Assembly: GCF_001949145.1 (NCBI RefSeq)
Contig: NW_019091355.1
Coordinates: forward strand, 5,464,517 to 5,528,516
DNA length: 64,000 nt
Source of the DNA: Acanthaster planci
Taxonomy: Eukaryota
Direction: 5' to 3'
The stretch's first letter is position 1; every line of letters starts with the position of its first letter. A program made the position numbers and the translations under genes. Positions 1 through 13,228 of this stretch are shown one piece after another. The notes under the pieces are model-generated. The model saw only the letters and a program-made list of their open reading frames with translations, was not told the origin of the DNA and made no database searches.

Positions 1-1124
1 GTGGGTGGGTGTGCAGGCGTTGCTTACACAGTGTGGACCTCTGCACAAAAGAAGTCCATATAATGTATATGCAGGGTATGCTGGCATTGTGTAGACTCGA
101 ACACGTCCACACAATGTTTTCCCCTCACTGAAAAACAGTTTCAGAGGCATTTTCGGGTCAAGGTTAACCGTGGCAAAATGAAAAGGAACAGTCCAGGAAA
201 TCATCGTCAAAAATCCAGCCCGATCCTAAGTGGAGAAAAAGGAGCATTTTCCTCAAGTTTCCTTAATCACGGGAGGGAAAAGGAATATCCACACTTTGTG
301 TGTAAAAAAGTGTGGGTGGGTGTGCTTGGGGGAGGGGGCCGCCGTGAGTCGTTGAATTGTTTTATTTTTTGTAATCAGTTATGATTCTCCTGTAGTCGTT
401 CTAGCGCTTTGAAATCATTTAGCGCGATATCTTTTTGTGCAGGAAAATAATCTGATAATTGAAGTATAGGCCCTCTCCACCGGTAGCCCATAACAGTCCC
501 CAATCCTCCGATTTCAATATGATTTCACATACACCCTAGGGCGTTAGGGTTAATTAATGGTATGTCGGTCTGCTGCTAGTGAGCGCTTTTCCCGAACCAA
601 CCCCACCCCACCCCCCAAAAAAAACAACAAAAACAACTTGGCGACGCCCATAATTTTTTAATCTATTTTCTACTAGCTCCCCCAAAATAAATAGCTGAAA
701 GCACAGAACACCATTTACGAATTCTGTTTGGAAAATAAAACGTCGTTTAGCCGATTCCGAGATAACCGTCAGTGGAATATGAAATTAAGGGCCAATCAAC
801 ATATTTCTTGAAATATCACCAAGACCTCTAGTCTACATTATGTTTGGAATTGTGTGTTTAGTTCTTGGCTTTTATATTTATTTTGGAAAAAAATAATGCC
901 AAGAGTGTATCAATAAAAACGATTAATAAAACGGTGCGGCACATCTCTTGAACCAGTTTATTTTTCTCACGGGTATCACAGAATAACATCTGGATGCTTT
1001 GAACATTCTGGAACAACTAGAGCGGTCTTAACCAACGATATGGCAGTTTATTTATTGGGGATATAACATTTAATGGTGAGTTTTTTCATTGGTGTCCAAA
1101 TGCCACAACACGTGTCCCAATGCG

Positions 1125-1282
1125 GGCGATTCCAAATCGCCAAGAGTTCGCAACGCGTTGGCCAATCACAACGCACGAAATCTGTCGAGCCTTTCCAAAC
1201 GCGCATTGGGTCGACAGATTTCGCGCGTTGTGATCGGCCAAACGCGTTGCAAACTCTTGGAGGCGCGCTATCGTGAATCGCC
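1125..1282. repeat. Long imperfect palindrome (fold-back/MITE-like)
   Basis: 1140-1188 CCAAGAGTTCGCAACGCGTTGGCCAATCACAACGCACGAAATCTGTCGA is the reverse complement of 1211-1260 apart from 3 substitutions and 1 indel. Outer GGCGATTC (1125) and GAATCGCC (1275) also pair. Confidence 0.85.
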
Positions 1283-1576
1283 TGTATTTTTACAGAATGA
1301 TCCAATTCGGAATATTGGCCTAAATCTTCATCACCACTTCCCCTGTTTTTCAGCTTTTTTGTTTTTCATTCAGTTTTGGCTGGAACTTATGGATGGGTGT
1401 TACTGTTTCATTGCGACTTTTTAAAAGGATCACTTTAGTCTAAGTAACCAAAGTGCTTCATTAAGACTTGGCCCTAAACTTTTTTTTCCACTCAGGGCCT
1501 TTATTCTAGTTTCGTTTCTCTTGCATGTTACATGAAATCAAGAAAAGAAAACATAGAAGTAGTCAATTTATATTAG

Positions 1577-1990
1577 TTAATTAAACAGCAAGGAGAAAGG
1601 GTTCCATCTAGTGTTAAATTTAACAGAATTTCCATTGGTGGTAAAAATAAATTTTTCCAAGGCATAATATCTTTTTAAATCGTCTCTAAACAATACAAAA
1701 TAAGGTAAGCCCCTCATTCATTATCATTTTATAGACATGAAAGCGGCCATGCAAAAGAATTGAATTAAGTACACTCCTGGAATTATAAGTAGTTGCGAAA
1801 AGGATAGTTTTGTTATCCAATTGCATCTGAATGTTCAACGTATTTTTCAGCCAATCACTGATAAGGTTCCAAAACAAAGTGGAGACCTCGCAAGTACAAA
1901 AGAGATGTAACAAAGTTTCACTCTCAGCTTGACCAAAAGAACACAAGTCGTTATCCCTTTTACCAACTTTCAGCAAATACAATATTTGAC
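1577..1990 (-). mobile_element. Degenerate 3' end of L1/Tx1-clade non-LTR retrotransposon ORF2 (C-terminal CCHC/zf-RVT-like region)
   Basis: Minus-strand translation LCSFGQAESETLLHLFCTCEVSTLFW matches the Cx2C..ETLxHLFxxC..FW zinc knuckle with one Cys lost. After frameshifts it continues FRDDLKRYYALEK and NSVKFNTRWNPF to a stop at 1579-1577, a typical L1/Tx1 C-terminus. Confidence 0.8.
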
Positions 1991-2071
1991 TTAGCCCTAA
2001 ACTTGAAGGTCTGGGCAAAAATTATACCGAAATGTCCATAGGCAACGTTTATAGTTGACAACCTGGTTTTA

Positions 2072-2224
2072 TTTATATAACGGGTTTTGCCCTTACCCAA
2101 CGTATATATTAAGCTCTCGGACAAGCACTGAGCATACAGTGTGTATTAACATGTACGTTGGGTAAGGGCAAAACCCGTTATATAAATCAACATCTCCCCA
2201 ACGGAAAAAAAATTACATCTTGAA
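2072..2224 (+). mobile_element. Short retroposed copy of the tRNA-module repeat family, with 5' inverted arm
   Basis: Arm 2071-2112 is the reverse complement of 2146-2187. Body matches 60266-60374 and 33490-33599. Flanked by the direct repeat AACCTGGTTTTA (2060-2071 and 2225-2236). Confidence 0.85.
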
Positions 2225-5200
2225 AACCTGGTTTTAGTATATTACCCGTACACTTTTCCAATCATACTGTATTTTATGCCGTGTTTTATGCAGAGTTCAT
2301 GCGCCACGAAATACCGTTGAAGAAACAAAAGTTTGAATTTACCAGAAAGATACGAGCCGTTCGTAAAATAACGCTTTTCCGAGAACTGATTTCGTCAGCA
2401 TGCACATCCAGCTGTTACATGAGATCTCCTCGTCCAATGGAAATAATTCACTTCTACAGCTTATAAAATTGCACCCTTACCCGCACTGACAGGGCAAGGC
2501 TTTTCCTGGAAATCCGTGAATCACTTCTTCCAACCATGGTCCAACACAATCAATTGACACTCAGGCGTTTTTGTTTCGCCCGGAACACGTCAGTGTTCAA
2601 CTTCAGATCCAGGCCCAGTTGCTTAATGTGAACCCTTCGCGCGTGAACCCTCATCCGCAGACTCCGAGTATGTAACGACGTCGTGATGTCAAAGTCGCTT
2701 TCAGTCCTTGATCGCAAATGATGATGTGTATCCGTGGCCAGTATGCTGTCCCCTGTGAGGACAGTTGAATTCTGCACGCCTCGAGTATCATAATCTTGAC
2801 GCAAGTCGCTATTGTGATTGTTAGTGGATAAACTCATCGCCGAGACACACTGCTGTTCACACGAACCGTCGTCTTTTGGCGATAAGTTGCGGTCAATTGC
2901 AAGCAGTAACGTCGTGCTTGTTCTTTAGACTAGATTATCTGTATTTTAATGGGACTTACTAAAGTTGCACTAACACAAAAAAGAGAATACATATCTTAAC
3001 TGACATCAGAGTGTCTGTGTTTTTACAAGGATGGTTGCGTTTAAGATGCACGGTGCCTACATTGAAGGGGTTTTAGATAGCGCGATAAATCCGATAGACT
3101 ATTCGCAGACTTGAATCAAGTCTAGTTCTCTCCGAGCGAGACAGAAGCTTGACCTCTTGTAGCCCGCCTACCCGAGGAATCAACTTCTACAGGCAAGTCC
3201 CCGCTCGAAAAGAAAAGAAATGATTTAGTGCGGGCTTAACTGTTTATCCTCCATCTCCTCGCCGCTAGAAATCAATCCCGCCCGAGCGCCAGCGTGCCGA
3301 ATAAATCTTTCAGTTTGCGGTAGCCAGATATCTTTCACCCGCCCGGAAAAGATATTACGGGGTTGCGATGATTGAGGAGTCGTTTCAGCATGTCCGGCGC
3401 TCTTTGATTAGGGGGAGAGCCGGCTCGGTGTGGTGTTGTTGATTCGCTCTCAGGCACCGTTGACGTGTCCGCGGACAATCTCGATATGTCACGTGCTTTA
3501 TATCCTGTCGCCGAAACTGTGCAGATAACAGTCTGGTTCCGGGATGCGTCACGTGTTACTGGACCGAATGAAACGTCACGCGGGTGTCGAAACGTTATAA
3601 GTAAAAGTCAAAAAGTACTGCGGACACACGCATGCATCTTTCTCTTCGAGGGAAACCAGTATGGTAGCTGAATGAACATGTGCCAAATCAGACGGCAAAC
3701 TCATTTGGATTTTTCGGAACAACAAAACGGTGCGTGATCTGTCCTGTGGCTTACTAATATTTCTGGACGTCAGTGCGAAAATAGTGTTTGGGTGAAATGG
3801 GGTTTGTACATACGTACATCCAAAATGTACATCCACATGCAAATTGGTCTATTCACGCATTGTCACGGGGAGGGGGGCGTTGCAAGTGTTGTTCTTCGCC
3901 ATTGCCTTGTCTGTGCTGGCGGTCTGCTTTCACTCGTCTTCTATACACATGTACCACCTTATCCAAGCTGCATTTCATTGATGTAATCTGATAGCAGTGT
4001 TTCCTCGCGCACCTCCACGGCCCATCAGATCCATGTTCCCACCTCCCCCCCTCCCAACTCTGGGGCCTGGTCTCTAGGAAGGCCAAGCGCGCCCCTGCCT
4101 CCCTGTGTCGCCGTCTGTTTTACCGTGGCTTTTATACTTGTGCTGTAAACACACCGACGAAAAGCTTGTCGCCTGCGCTTCTTGTGTGAGCTACCCAACC
4201 CGAAGATTCATTGATTTAATTTCTCGCTTGAAGGGAGCCCTCCACGGTTCTGCACGGAGGCGAACCGGCGGCGGCCTGGGCCGTGGCACACCCCGGTTGT
4301 GTCACTTTGCCACCCGGCCGGTCTACATCTGTCGCAAGCCGTTATTTTCTGCATCATTCATGCATGGTCTGCGAGTACCGGTTTTTATTATTATTTTTCC
4401 CTCAAAGGCCGCGTGTTATGTTGATAGAATGATTCAAAGACGGCGGCCTCATGTTCTCGGAAATGACAGCTGATGAAATGTCTTAATGTAAAGCTTTTTA
4501 GGGTTGCTGGTTCAGTGAAGTCGTTACGGAATGGGTGTTGAACGATAAAGACAAAAAAACGTGGAGTATAGTAATGATGTTTTCTCTGTTTGAAGCATGG
4601 CAACGTTTTGTCAGAAATTCTGTTTAGAGAAGGTTAAAACAGTTGCACCGTTCCACTGTAAGCTTTTATGTGAATTGAAACTCTGTATGTGTAATCATAG
4701 TCGCCTTTTCAAGTTCAGCTTATCACGTGAACAACGGAAAAAGTATGGTGGGCTTGCTGCCACCAAGAGTCGGACAGTGAATAGTAGTGTGCGTGTCATG
4801 TGTGTCTACCCATGGAGGAACACAGTGTTCCTTCCTCCATGGTCTACCGTGTCTTCTCCGTGGAATACATGGTTTACGTTTTAAAATCCGTAATCGCTGG
4901 TATTTTTTGTCTGTCTCTGCAATTTCTAACCGTCCAACAAAGTTAATGGGGCTTTGCTTATTGTAAATTGTCTTGACTGCTTTTGGATCTTACACTACGA
5001 ACATGAAACAAAAGAAGCACAGTGCCCTAACAATGACCGTCCATTGTTATTGTTCCCTGCTCCTTTTGTTAGATGTGCATAGTGTCACTAGCATACTCTT
5101 TTGGGGGGAGGTTGCGTCAAACCACTCAAGAAAATATGATCATAGGCCAGTATATTCCGAACGGAGGCGTAAAGGCCGGCTCAAAGTTACCTCGAATACG

Positions 5201-5902
5201 TGAAATGCCCATCCAGTTTGAAGTCGCAAACCTAAATTCGCTAAATTTGAAATGAACATGCTGCATGAGAGACGTGTGTCTTTGTCTCGTACGTATCACC
5301 GATGCGTTTGCCTCATGAATTATACCCTGCATGTACATGTACGTACGAGCGTATATGTACGCTCAAGTTGCAAGTCGTATAGGCCCTACGTGTGGGTTCC
5401 ATTTTGACAGGTAAAGACCAGCTGATACTTGGCACGAAAGCAAACACAAACGCGAAGAAGCCTTTTGTGAGTGAAATTTGAATAACATCTGTTACACTAA
5501 GTTCTTCAAAATCACGACTACATAACAATATGAATTCTCCTTACTAAAGACACTGTTGCTTTACCTTGTGATTTGGGGCAAGCTTTTGCTTAGTTACATA
5601 AGAGACGCCTCGCACCAATATGCACTGTTGGAAACTGTTGGTTTTTCAATGGAAAAATAGAAAAGAACGGCACAAAGGAGCCAGTCCATTCTAGAGATGG
5701 TGGACGCAATGCAAAAGCTTGCCCCGAATAACGAGGTATAGCAACAGTGTCTTTAGTCTGGGGAATCTTTCGTACATATGCAGCAAGGTATGAGACGGAG
5801 AGAACCCCCCCCCCCTGCTTTGTGTTGGCCATTGTCTTGCAGGAATCTGGGGAATTCCTTTCAGACATCTTGGGGGGAGGATGTGTTAAGTAACAATAGT
5901 CT

Positions 5903-5960
5903 NNNNNNNNNNNNNNNNNNNNNNNNNNNNNNNNNNNNNNNNNNNNNNNNNNNNNNNNNN
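5903..5960. other. Assembly gap (58 N)
   Basis: Run of n characters. Confidence 1.
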
Positions 5961-7261
5961 TTTCTTGCTGGGTATACTTTCGTGACGTCAAATTCGCCTC
6001 ACCGCACCTTCGCCTCCAGTATGAACGGGCCTTCAGGCAAACTCGCTCTAAATCCGTGCTTATAATGGTTTCAAGTAAGCAGGAACGCGAGACGGCGTTC
6101 GCATTTGGACTCCCGACCGTGAATTTGACCGTGCCTATTGCGTTTGTACTGTATGTACATGTAAATTGTGATCAAGCGTTCAGCCTCGCTGAACTACATG
6201 TAATTCGTGCGTTAACTTTCAAGGCTGACTTGTATTATGAAGTAGCGCAAGGTACTGCCGAAAGTTTGCCTGCTTCGAAGTGTAAAATTTTAATGTGATA
6301 TAAAATATTAAGTTGACACTCGAAGAGGTTCATCTTGCAGTATGTGTGAAAGTGCTCGGTTTGCACTAGTCACGCACGCAGTCAATCATGGGCAAGGCAG
6401 CTGTCTCCAAACAGTTTTGAATAAAGGAGCAATAAACCGTTGGCGTGAATCAAGGTGTATGGTTGTGAGGTTTCATTAAAGTAGGCCTATACCATTTGGG
6501 GCCGTGTTCCCTGTCAAGTCGGCATAAGGAAAAGCTGTCAACTTCTGTTTAATTAAGCAGAATGACACTGCCGGGCTAAATGTTTTCTCCGAGGGAAAAA
6601 AAGCAGAGATGTAATTTTGGTCGCGAAATTTTAAACTCACACTCGTAAGAGCCTAGTGTATCACCAACGTGCACGCACCATAGATCACCGCATTATCAAC
6701 TTTTTCCCCTTTCGCGCCTTTGCGGGCCACTGGCTCGTCCGCTCAGCGCGTCAGCATTTACACCTCGCGCATGCGTTAGCCCGCACCGAGTGCGCCGCAC
6801 CTGTTTGGGCCTGTCACACGACCGGGCGAGCGGGCATCGCTTAACGACAGCTGCCGCGCTGCCGAGCTGTCATTTTCTCGCCATCGCTATATATATCACT
6901 CTCAAATCAAACCGATAGAATGACAGGCTGGGCCAGCGCGAAACACGGTCAGGTTACAAGACGAAGGGCCCTTGATCTATTAATACTACTAGGCCGCTAC
7001 TTGTCCGCTCCTCTCCGAGTAGTTACACGCTGCGTATTTTGAGCTCCCTATGAAATATTCAAGTCTGAAATTTAAAAGTATCCTTGGACAAACACTGAAA
7101 CATTGATCAAGACATGTGATCACGCAGTTTATTATTAAATACATGTAGTTCAATAGTGCCCACTGATTTTTTTTTAAATTTGAGATAAGAAGCTCTTTGC
7201 AAAGGCCTGCATACTTCAGAAAGGATGGTTTTGGTGATGGCTGGTGATACCTTTAGATTTA

Positions 7262-7717
7262 AGGGCCCATGTAATGAACTTAATGGAAATGATATTTAAT
7301 ACTACTTTGTGTCCGTCTTAATGTATGAGAACTATTTTACTAACCTTTTGGGTAATCTTATAGAAAAGTGAACACTTAAAAAAAACTGTTCGTGACAAAC
7401 GAGGGCGCTGTTGCTGTGATTTCATTCCAGGAAGACAGTGTTGTTGACAGTGGGAGATTGGTTGGGTTGGGTTTCACCCAGTAGATTTTTTCTACTGTAA
7501 CGAAGTGAAACAACGAATTACCAAAAACAAAACATCCAAAATTCTGGCAAATGTTGGTGCTGCAATAATTTCAATATCGATGTTAGTTCCGATCCCGTGA
7601 CGACATGACACCTTTGCTTGCAAGCACGCAGAAATTTCTGTACCGTAAACCTACACAGTGACACCAAAATGCCTTGTGGTTAAATAAAATGATCCCCGTT
7701 GTTATTTCATGGGCCCT
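7262..7717. mobile_element. Non-autonomous TIR element, Kolobok-like termini
   Basis: AGGGCCCATGTAAT ... ATTTCATGGGCCCT (13/14 inverted match) in TTAA and CTAA context. Internal AGGGCGCTGTTG...TCCAGG segment (about 7403-7440) recurs at about 51322-51358. Confidence 0.55.
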
Positions 7718-10700
7718 CTAATCCAATTTCATTTTACAAAACCTCCACGAGGACTTTGGTGAAGATGAAACCATTGCTGTGGATGCACTGATGGACTTGA
7801 TGAGTGAAGGCCTCTTAACACACTACTTTCGTGTCAGGCTCGTTCGTCATTATAAAATCTAGAAGAAACTGCACCGTGTAGCTTGCTTCAAATAATACTG
7901 ACGTCGATATCTTGGCGATGACACACGCAGTCTGATTGTCTGGCTGAAACACTCTTCTGTCATCTCCACGATCTAGCGGATAAAATACTCAAATGAATAT
8001 CACTTCGAGGTATCAAAATTAGTTGACGTATCCATCCATCCCCGCCCGTCCTCTGAGTGATAACAAACCATGATTGCTTATTTTCCGAATGGCTTTTAGC
8101 AAACCAACGGCCACAACAAACAAACCCCCGATAATTTAATCTAGACTTGACGTACGGCAGTCCCCTTTTTTCTCTTCCTTTTTTTCCTCCGTGCGCTGGC
8201 AATCGCCATAAATTTCTCCCCTTGCTAATTTGACGGATGATAAAAGTTGGCATTCTGGAGCGCCCAGGTTGGGATATGAAACCGCCAATGTCTACCCTGC
8301 TTGAGAGAGTGCTCATGTCATCTGACCCCCATTGATTGGATTCAAGGTTCGTGTTACGGGAGAAAAAGTGTCCGTGGTTGGACGCTCGAATTGGGCAGTT
8401 CCACTGCATTCAAAGAAATGGAGGCCATGATTGGGCAAAAGTAAATATCTCAAACATCATTTGTCTCCGAATTCGGATTCTTTTTTGTTGTTCTGCGTTT
8501 GGTTTTTTTGTTTTGTTTTTGTTTTGTTTGTGTGTGTGTGTATTTTTGTCATATTTTGCAATTTGGCTGTTTACTTCTCCAACGAGGCCAAAACCTTCCC
8601 ACTTGATTTTTCCATACATGTTTCTGTAATTATAAACAGATAAATGATGTAATATGGGCTCAAAACTATTGCAATAATGAACATTTGAAGCTCACTCGCT
8701 ATCAAAAGGGACGTGAACTGATTGAACCCTTTTTAATTAAACGTTGCTGCCTTTAGAGAGCCTCAAGATGCGGCGCCATGTCCCCTGTGCTTCTTCATTT
8801 TGCTCTCACAAACTGACCGATCATCATCACCCAAACAAAACGATATCTCTCGCTCTGTGTTCCGACGACCCCCTCCGAACCTACACAAGCTTCCTCCCTG
8901 CCTCCGCAAGTTCAGTTGATCGTGTTTGACAGCTCCCTCTCTCTCATGGATTCTAGCCCCGCTTTTAGTCCCCGTCAGATCCGTCCCGACTAACCAATAC
9001 AAAGTGACACCTTGTTTGCCGTCAGAGGGACATAATTTCATTGGCACTGATGAACCCTAGAGTGCAGAGGCAGCAGTGCGGTGCCAGCTTCGGTTTGGAT
9101 GGCTGCTCTTGACGCGGGTGGACACACGCGTTCAGCATCTTAATACTGCAAGCCGATTAAAGTCGATTTTTGTGAAATGCCGTTTGAGTCGTCAAAATCC
9201 TTCTTCCTCCAGTTGCATCTCCATGGAAACAAAAGAAAACAAAACCCGACAACGATGAAGCATTATTCTCTCTCGGCTTAACATCACTTTATACATGTAC
9301 ATTGCAGTTTAGTTTCCCAACCCATTTAGGTGCTCTGTTTCCTGTTTCTTTGAGTCCCGTGATGTGGCAGTGTCACGATAAGAGTACTCTCCGTCTTGCT
9401 CACTCTGCACGACGCAGTGCATGGGCTCGCACCTTTTACTCTCGATGGGAACAGGTAGCCAGTCGGCCACCTGACCATCGACCAGATTGCAAACTGCAGA
9501 CCTTTCACAGACGGAGTTCGATTAGCGACTATTTTGTCAACCAGTGGTCGGTTTTTCTGTACCTGGTATGAGGAATAAAATGTATGTGTATAGGTTACCA
9601 GGCCATCACTGATCGAACTGGGCCCTTGCGCTTCAACTGTCTGTCTGAGTCAATTAAAGAGTAAGTTAAAAACTCCGAAATAACGCTCAATTCAGTTGCC
9701 AATTTGAATTTAACTCCCCACGAGCATATTTCTCGTGTAGTTTTTGATTCAGTGATTTTCGTAATCAATTCAACTTTGGAAGTCATCTTTTCAAATTACG
9801 GTACTTTCAAAGAAAGTTCCTTTTCCCTAATCGGATGATTGGATTTAGTAACCATAAAAAGCACTTTGCAAGTAGTGTTTTGGCAAAAACATGAATATGG
9901 AAGGTCAGTCCACGGCGTGCCGTGTTCACTGTCTCTCGTCTCCGTGTGTCACAACACGTTAAGTCGGTGATCGTATATCACTCATTCTGCCCATTGCTTG
10001 GCATTTTTCATCATGGCTGGGCGGCGGGAATTAACCCTGGGGAAACGCGATAGCGCCGACACCTTTGCCCCGCTCCAGCTCCCTGTCTAAAATATCCATT
10101 TACCTGTGTGGATCGGGAATGCCGCGCTACTTCACCTGCCCCGCCGAAGATTTGTGTGATTTTCTGGGTGTCAGCAGGGAGGCACTGGTTCTGCGATAGC
10201 GGAAGGGATTTATAGCTGCCTGACAAGGGGCTTGACCGTCGTTCTCTCTCTGGACGGAATGCGGTCTGATTATAGGTTACTCAGTCGGCCATCGGGAGCA
10301 TATTTTGAGCGTTGTCGTCATCTGTCTCCTGTATGGACAGCGCTTCTAATTTGACGAAAGTGTGATTTGCTGCCCACCAGACAGTTCTAACCGAAACATA
10401 CTACCTCGGTATCCCCATCCCATTCTATAAGAATGTGGCAAAAGTTTTGCACAACGAGGCCTACACGTGTACCCTTCGCTGGGGAAGGCTTGTAGCCTTC
10501 CTTTGGACAGGCAGTGGACCAGGGAAAAAAGTTGGTGGGATTTAGATTCCCTCATCCCCCGAGATTTACGCCTATGGTGCTCGTTATAGTTTCGGATGCC
10601 CCCGTCAGTCTCTATGTTGCCACATTGACAGCAAATATTGCATGTTTCAGGTGTACTTCCGTGAAACGTTGTTGGAACATACAGCATGCCCCCGCCCCCG

Positions 10701-11169
10701 GCTGGTCGGATGTACTGCCTAGCCTCGCAGGTACTTTTGCTCCCAATTGGCCTTGGAAGGAGACTCTCTGGTTGGGGTTGGTTCCTGGGATGTCTTCTAG
10801 ATGATCTCTTTAGGTCGGGGACGATTAGGGGACTCATGAGAGGACCTTAATTGACTTTAGTTTTGCGGGTGAAAGACTCCTTGGAACGAAGGTGGGGTTT
10901 TGTGTGTAGAGTGGACTCAGAGGTTCCTGGCTGGGCGTAGTGACCGAGGTGATGAGAGTGGGTGGGCGTGAGACACGGTCCTGTGAGTCAGATTGCCGAC
11001 ACCTATATTCTATGGTTCTTTTGGAGGGCGTTTTTGATTGGACAGTCGCCATGAACGAGAATAATTTTGATGTTATCTGACGTCACTTGGTTTTTTTCAT
11101 GATGTCTCCGGTACACTTTCGCGGAGAAAGAAATTATTATTTCGAGTAACTGTTAAATCTGATCTTGCG

Positions 11170-11191
11170 GAGAGAGAGAGAGAGAGAGAGA
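11170..11191. repeat. (GA)n microsatellite
   Basis: 11 GA units. Confidence 0.95.
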
Positions 11192-12957
11192 TGGCAATAC
11201 AATCATACTCACAAATATTCGTATTAATATAAGACACTATGCACAAATGGAGATTGACACGGGACACAATATAAACCGGCTGTCAGGTTATAAGCTGATT
11301 GGCCATTGAAAGTCCTTTACTAACAAACTGTGCTGGAAGTGCGTAGATCAGAAGAGACCGTAGAGTGTTCTGTACTATGAATGTGGGTCGTGTCGTGTTT
11401 GCTGTCAAAAAATCGATGCCCGATTTATTTTGCTTGTGCATAGAAAATACTTTTGTCATAAGAAAAAGCAGGTCGCCCCTGTACCCTCGCGTGAGGAAGC
11501 CATTAAAATCAAATTTCGTGAGAGTCCCATCTAAAAAAACAGGAATGATTAATTTCATTTTGAAAACAACAAAAAGCCGTAAATATGCCGATAAACGTTC
11601 CCGGCCAGAACCGCGGCTCAGGGATGATTAATCTTTGCAAAATGAATCCAGAAATATTAACCTACATACGCAAACCCTCCGCCCACATTGGCGAGCGCGC
11701 ACCATTACACAGACGGAGTCGGGGCTTGCTAGCTGGGAAAAACAAACCTGAAAATGGCCCGAAGTAGTAAAGGAAAATCTCTGAAGCTGCTTTGTTATTT
11801 TGTTTGTTCAATTATTTTTGACAGTAGAACATCAATTACTAGTTCCATCGTAGACTTCTGTTCCATCGATCGACCCATTTTTTTTCAGAACGTCAAATTA
11901 CCGGCGCTGTCGGTTTCGTTAAGTTGTTTTTTAGCAACACACTGATAGAAACTTCACCGAAACTTTGTCCTGCGATATTCCTGACAGTATGACTATGTTG
12001 ATTGCATGTACAATGTCAACTTAATAGAATTTCGAAGATTAAATTGGATAATATGCCTGTGAAATTGGCTTGCGTAAAACTCGTGCAACCTTATACCGAG
12101 TCATATCCGCTTTGGATTGTACTAATGTTATCAACAGTTCCAAAGATGGGCCCTAGAACTCACAAGAGCTGAAGGGAAGTCTGTTTAGGCTTCGGCTGAG
12201 GGGAACTAGGTTCACTGTCGACTTTCCCGTTGCTCCCGGTGCAGTTTGAATCTGAGAGGTTGAAACTTAGTTGTGTAATGCCATTTCTGCTGACAGGTGA
12301 CATCCGTTCTAAGCAGTGAGTTACAGCATACGGAAGTGTCGAGATCGTGAAGTAGATGCCACGAAATCCTAGCCTGGTACAGTTCAATTAGGACGTATGT
12401 GTTAGCGCCCAAAATATCGAGCCCACTTGTCCCCCTTGCACTTGGATGTGTGGAGTAGCAAGAGGCCTCTCGTGCATTGAGGATGTTGTAAACAGATTGC
12501 AGAACCCCCCCCCCCACGCAAAACCTGTGATCCTTCGTCACGATCTCATTTTCCCCCATCAAGTGACTGCCTCTTAATCTGGGGATCTACCCCCGCAGAA
12601 CCTCCTTTTTGCGAACCCCGGTCTTGACCCCGTTGCCCGGGCCCATCCAACTAGTTTCCCGCATTCTGGGTAGGCTAGACTGGCACCCAGTCCCAATGAC
12701 AGTTGGAGTCGTAGGTTTACACACCGTCGTTTCCTACACGGGATAAGATGACGCAAAACCCAATGGATGCACGAGCATAGTCACTTTTGCACTTGCGCGG
12801 TTAGGCATGCAACCTTCTTTCAGATGAGCTGACTTCCTTGTTTCGTACTTCATAAGCAGTCCTTTGCAATGTACTGCATGGACAATACTCAACAAAGTCT
12901 CCATGCCTACTTAATATTTGGAATTCCCTTTTTTTAAATTTCAGAACTGAATTTACC

Positions 12958-13228
12958 TTGTGGTTAGGGTTATCTTGGTTCATAATAAGGTCAGGGGTTT
13001 CGAATCCAGCTGCTAACCGTATGTGTCCTCAGGCAAGCCACTTGCCCCTTTCTGGTCTCTCACCACCTATAGGAGTGTTAAAAAAAAGGGGGGGGGGGAC
13101 AACCCGCGACGCTGGACTTGTACTTCATCGAGAGAGATATTCTCGGTCATTTCATTCATACAACTGAAACTCAGAGATAACGCAGGCCTAACGAGCCACC
13201 TTAGCTCGTGACAGGCTTTACATTTTCA
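12958..13228 (+). mobile_element. Decayed tRNA-derived SINE with CORE-like and V-SINE-like central segments
   Basis: A-box-like TGTGGTTAGGG (about 12959) and B-box GTTTCGAATCC (about 12998), then TGTGTCCTCAGGCAAGCCACTT (CORE-like) and GGGGACAACCCGCGACGCTGGACT (V-domain-like), ending in a GAGCCACCTTAGCTC hairpin. Family assignment is from recalled motif similarity, not a search. Confidence 0.6.

Noticed and set aside
10346..11052. Two abutting minus-strand ORFs (72 and 163 aa) with an ATGA overlap
   Set aside because: No motif recognised in any frame; possibly an old TE relic but unsupported.
12160..12756. Cluster of minus-strand ORFs
   Set aside because: No recognisable protein motif.
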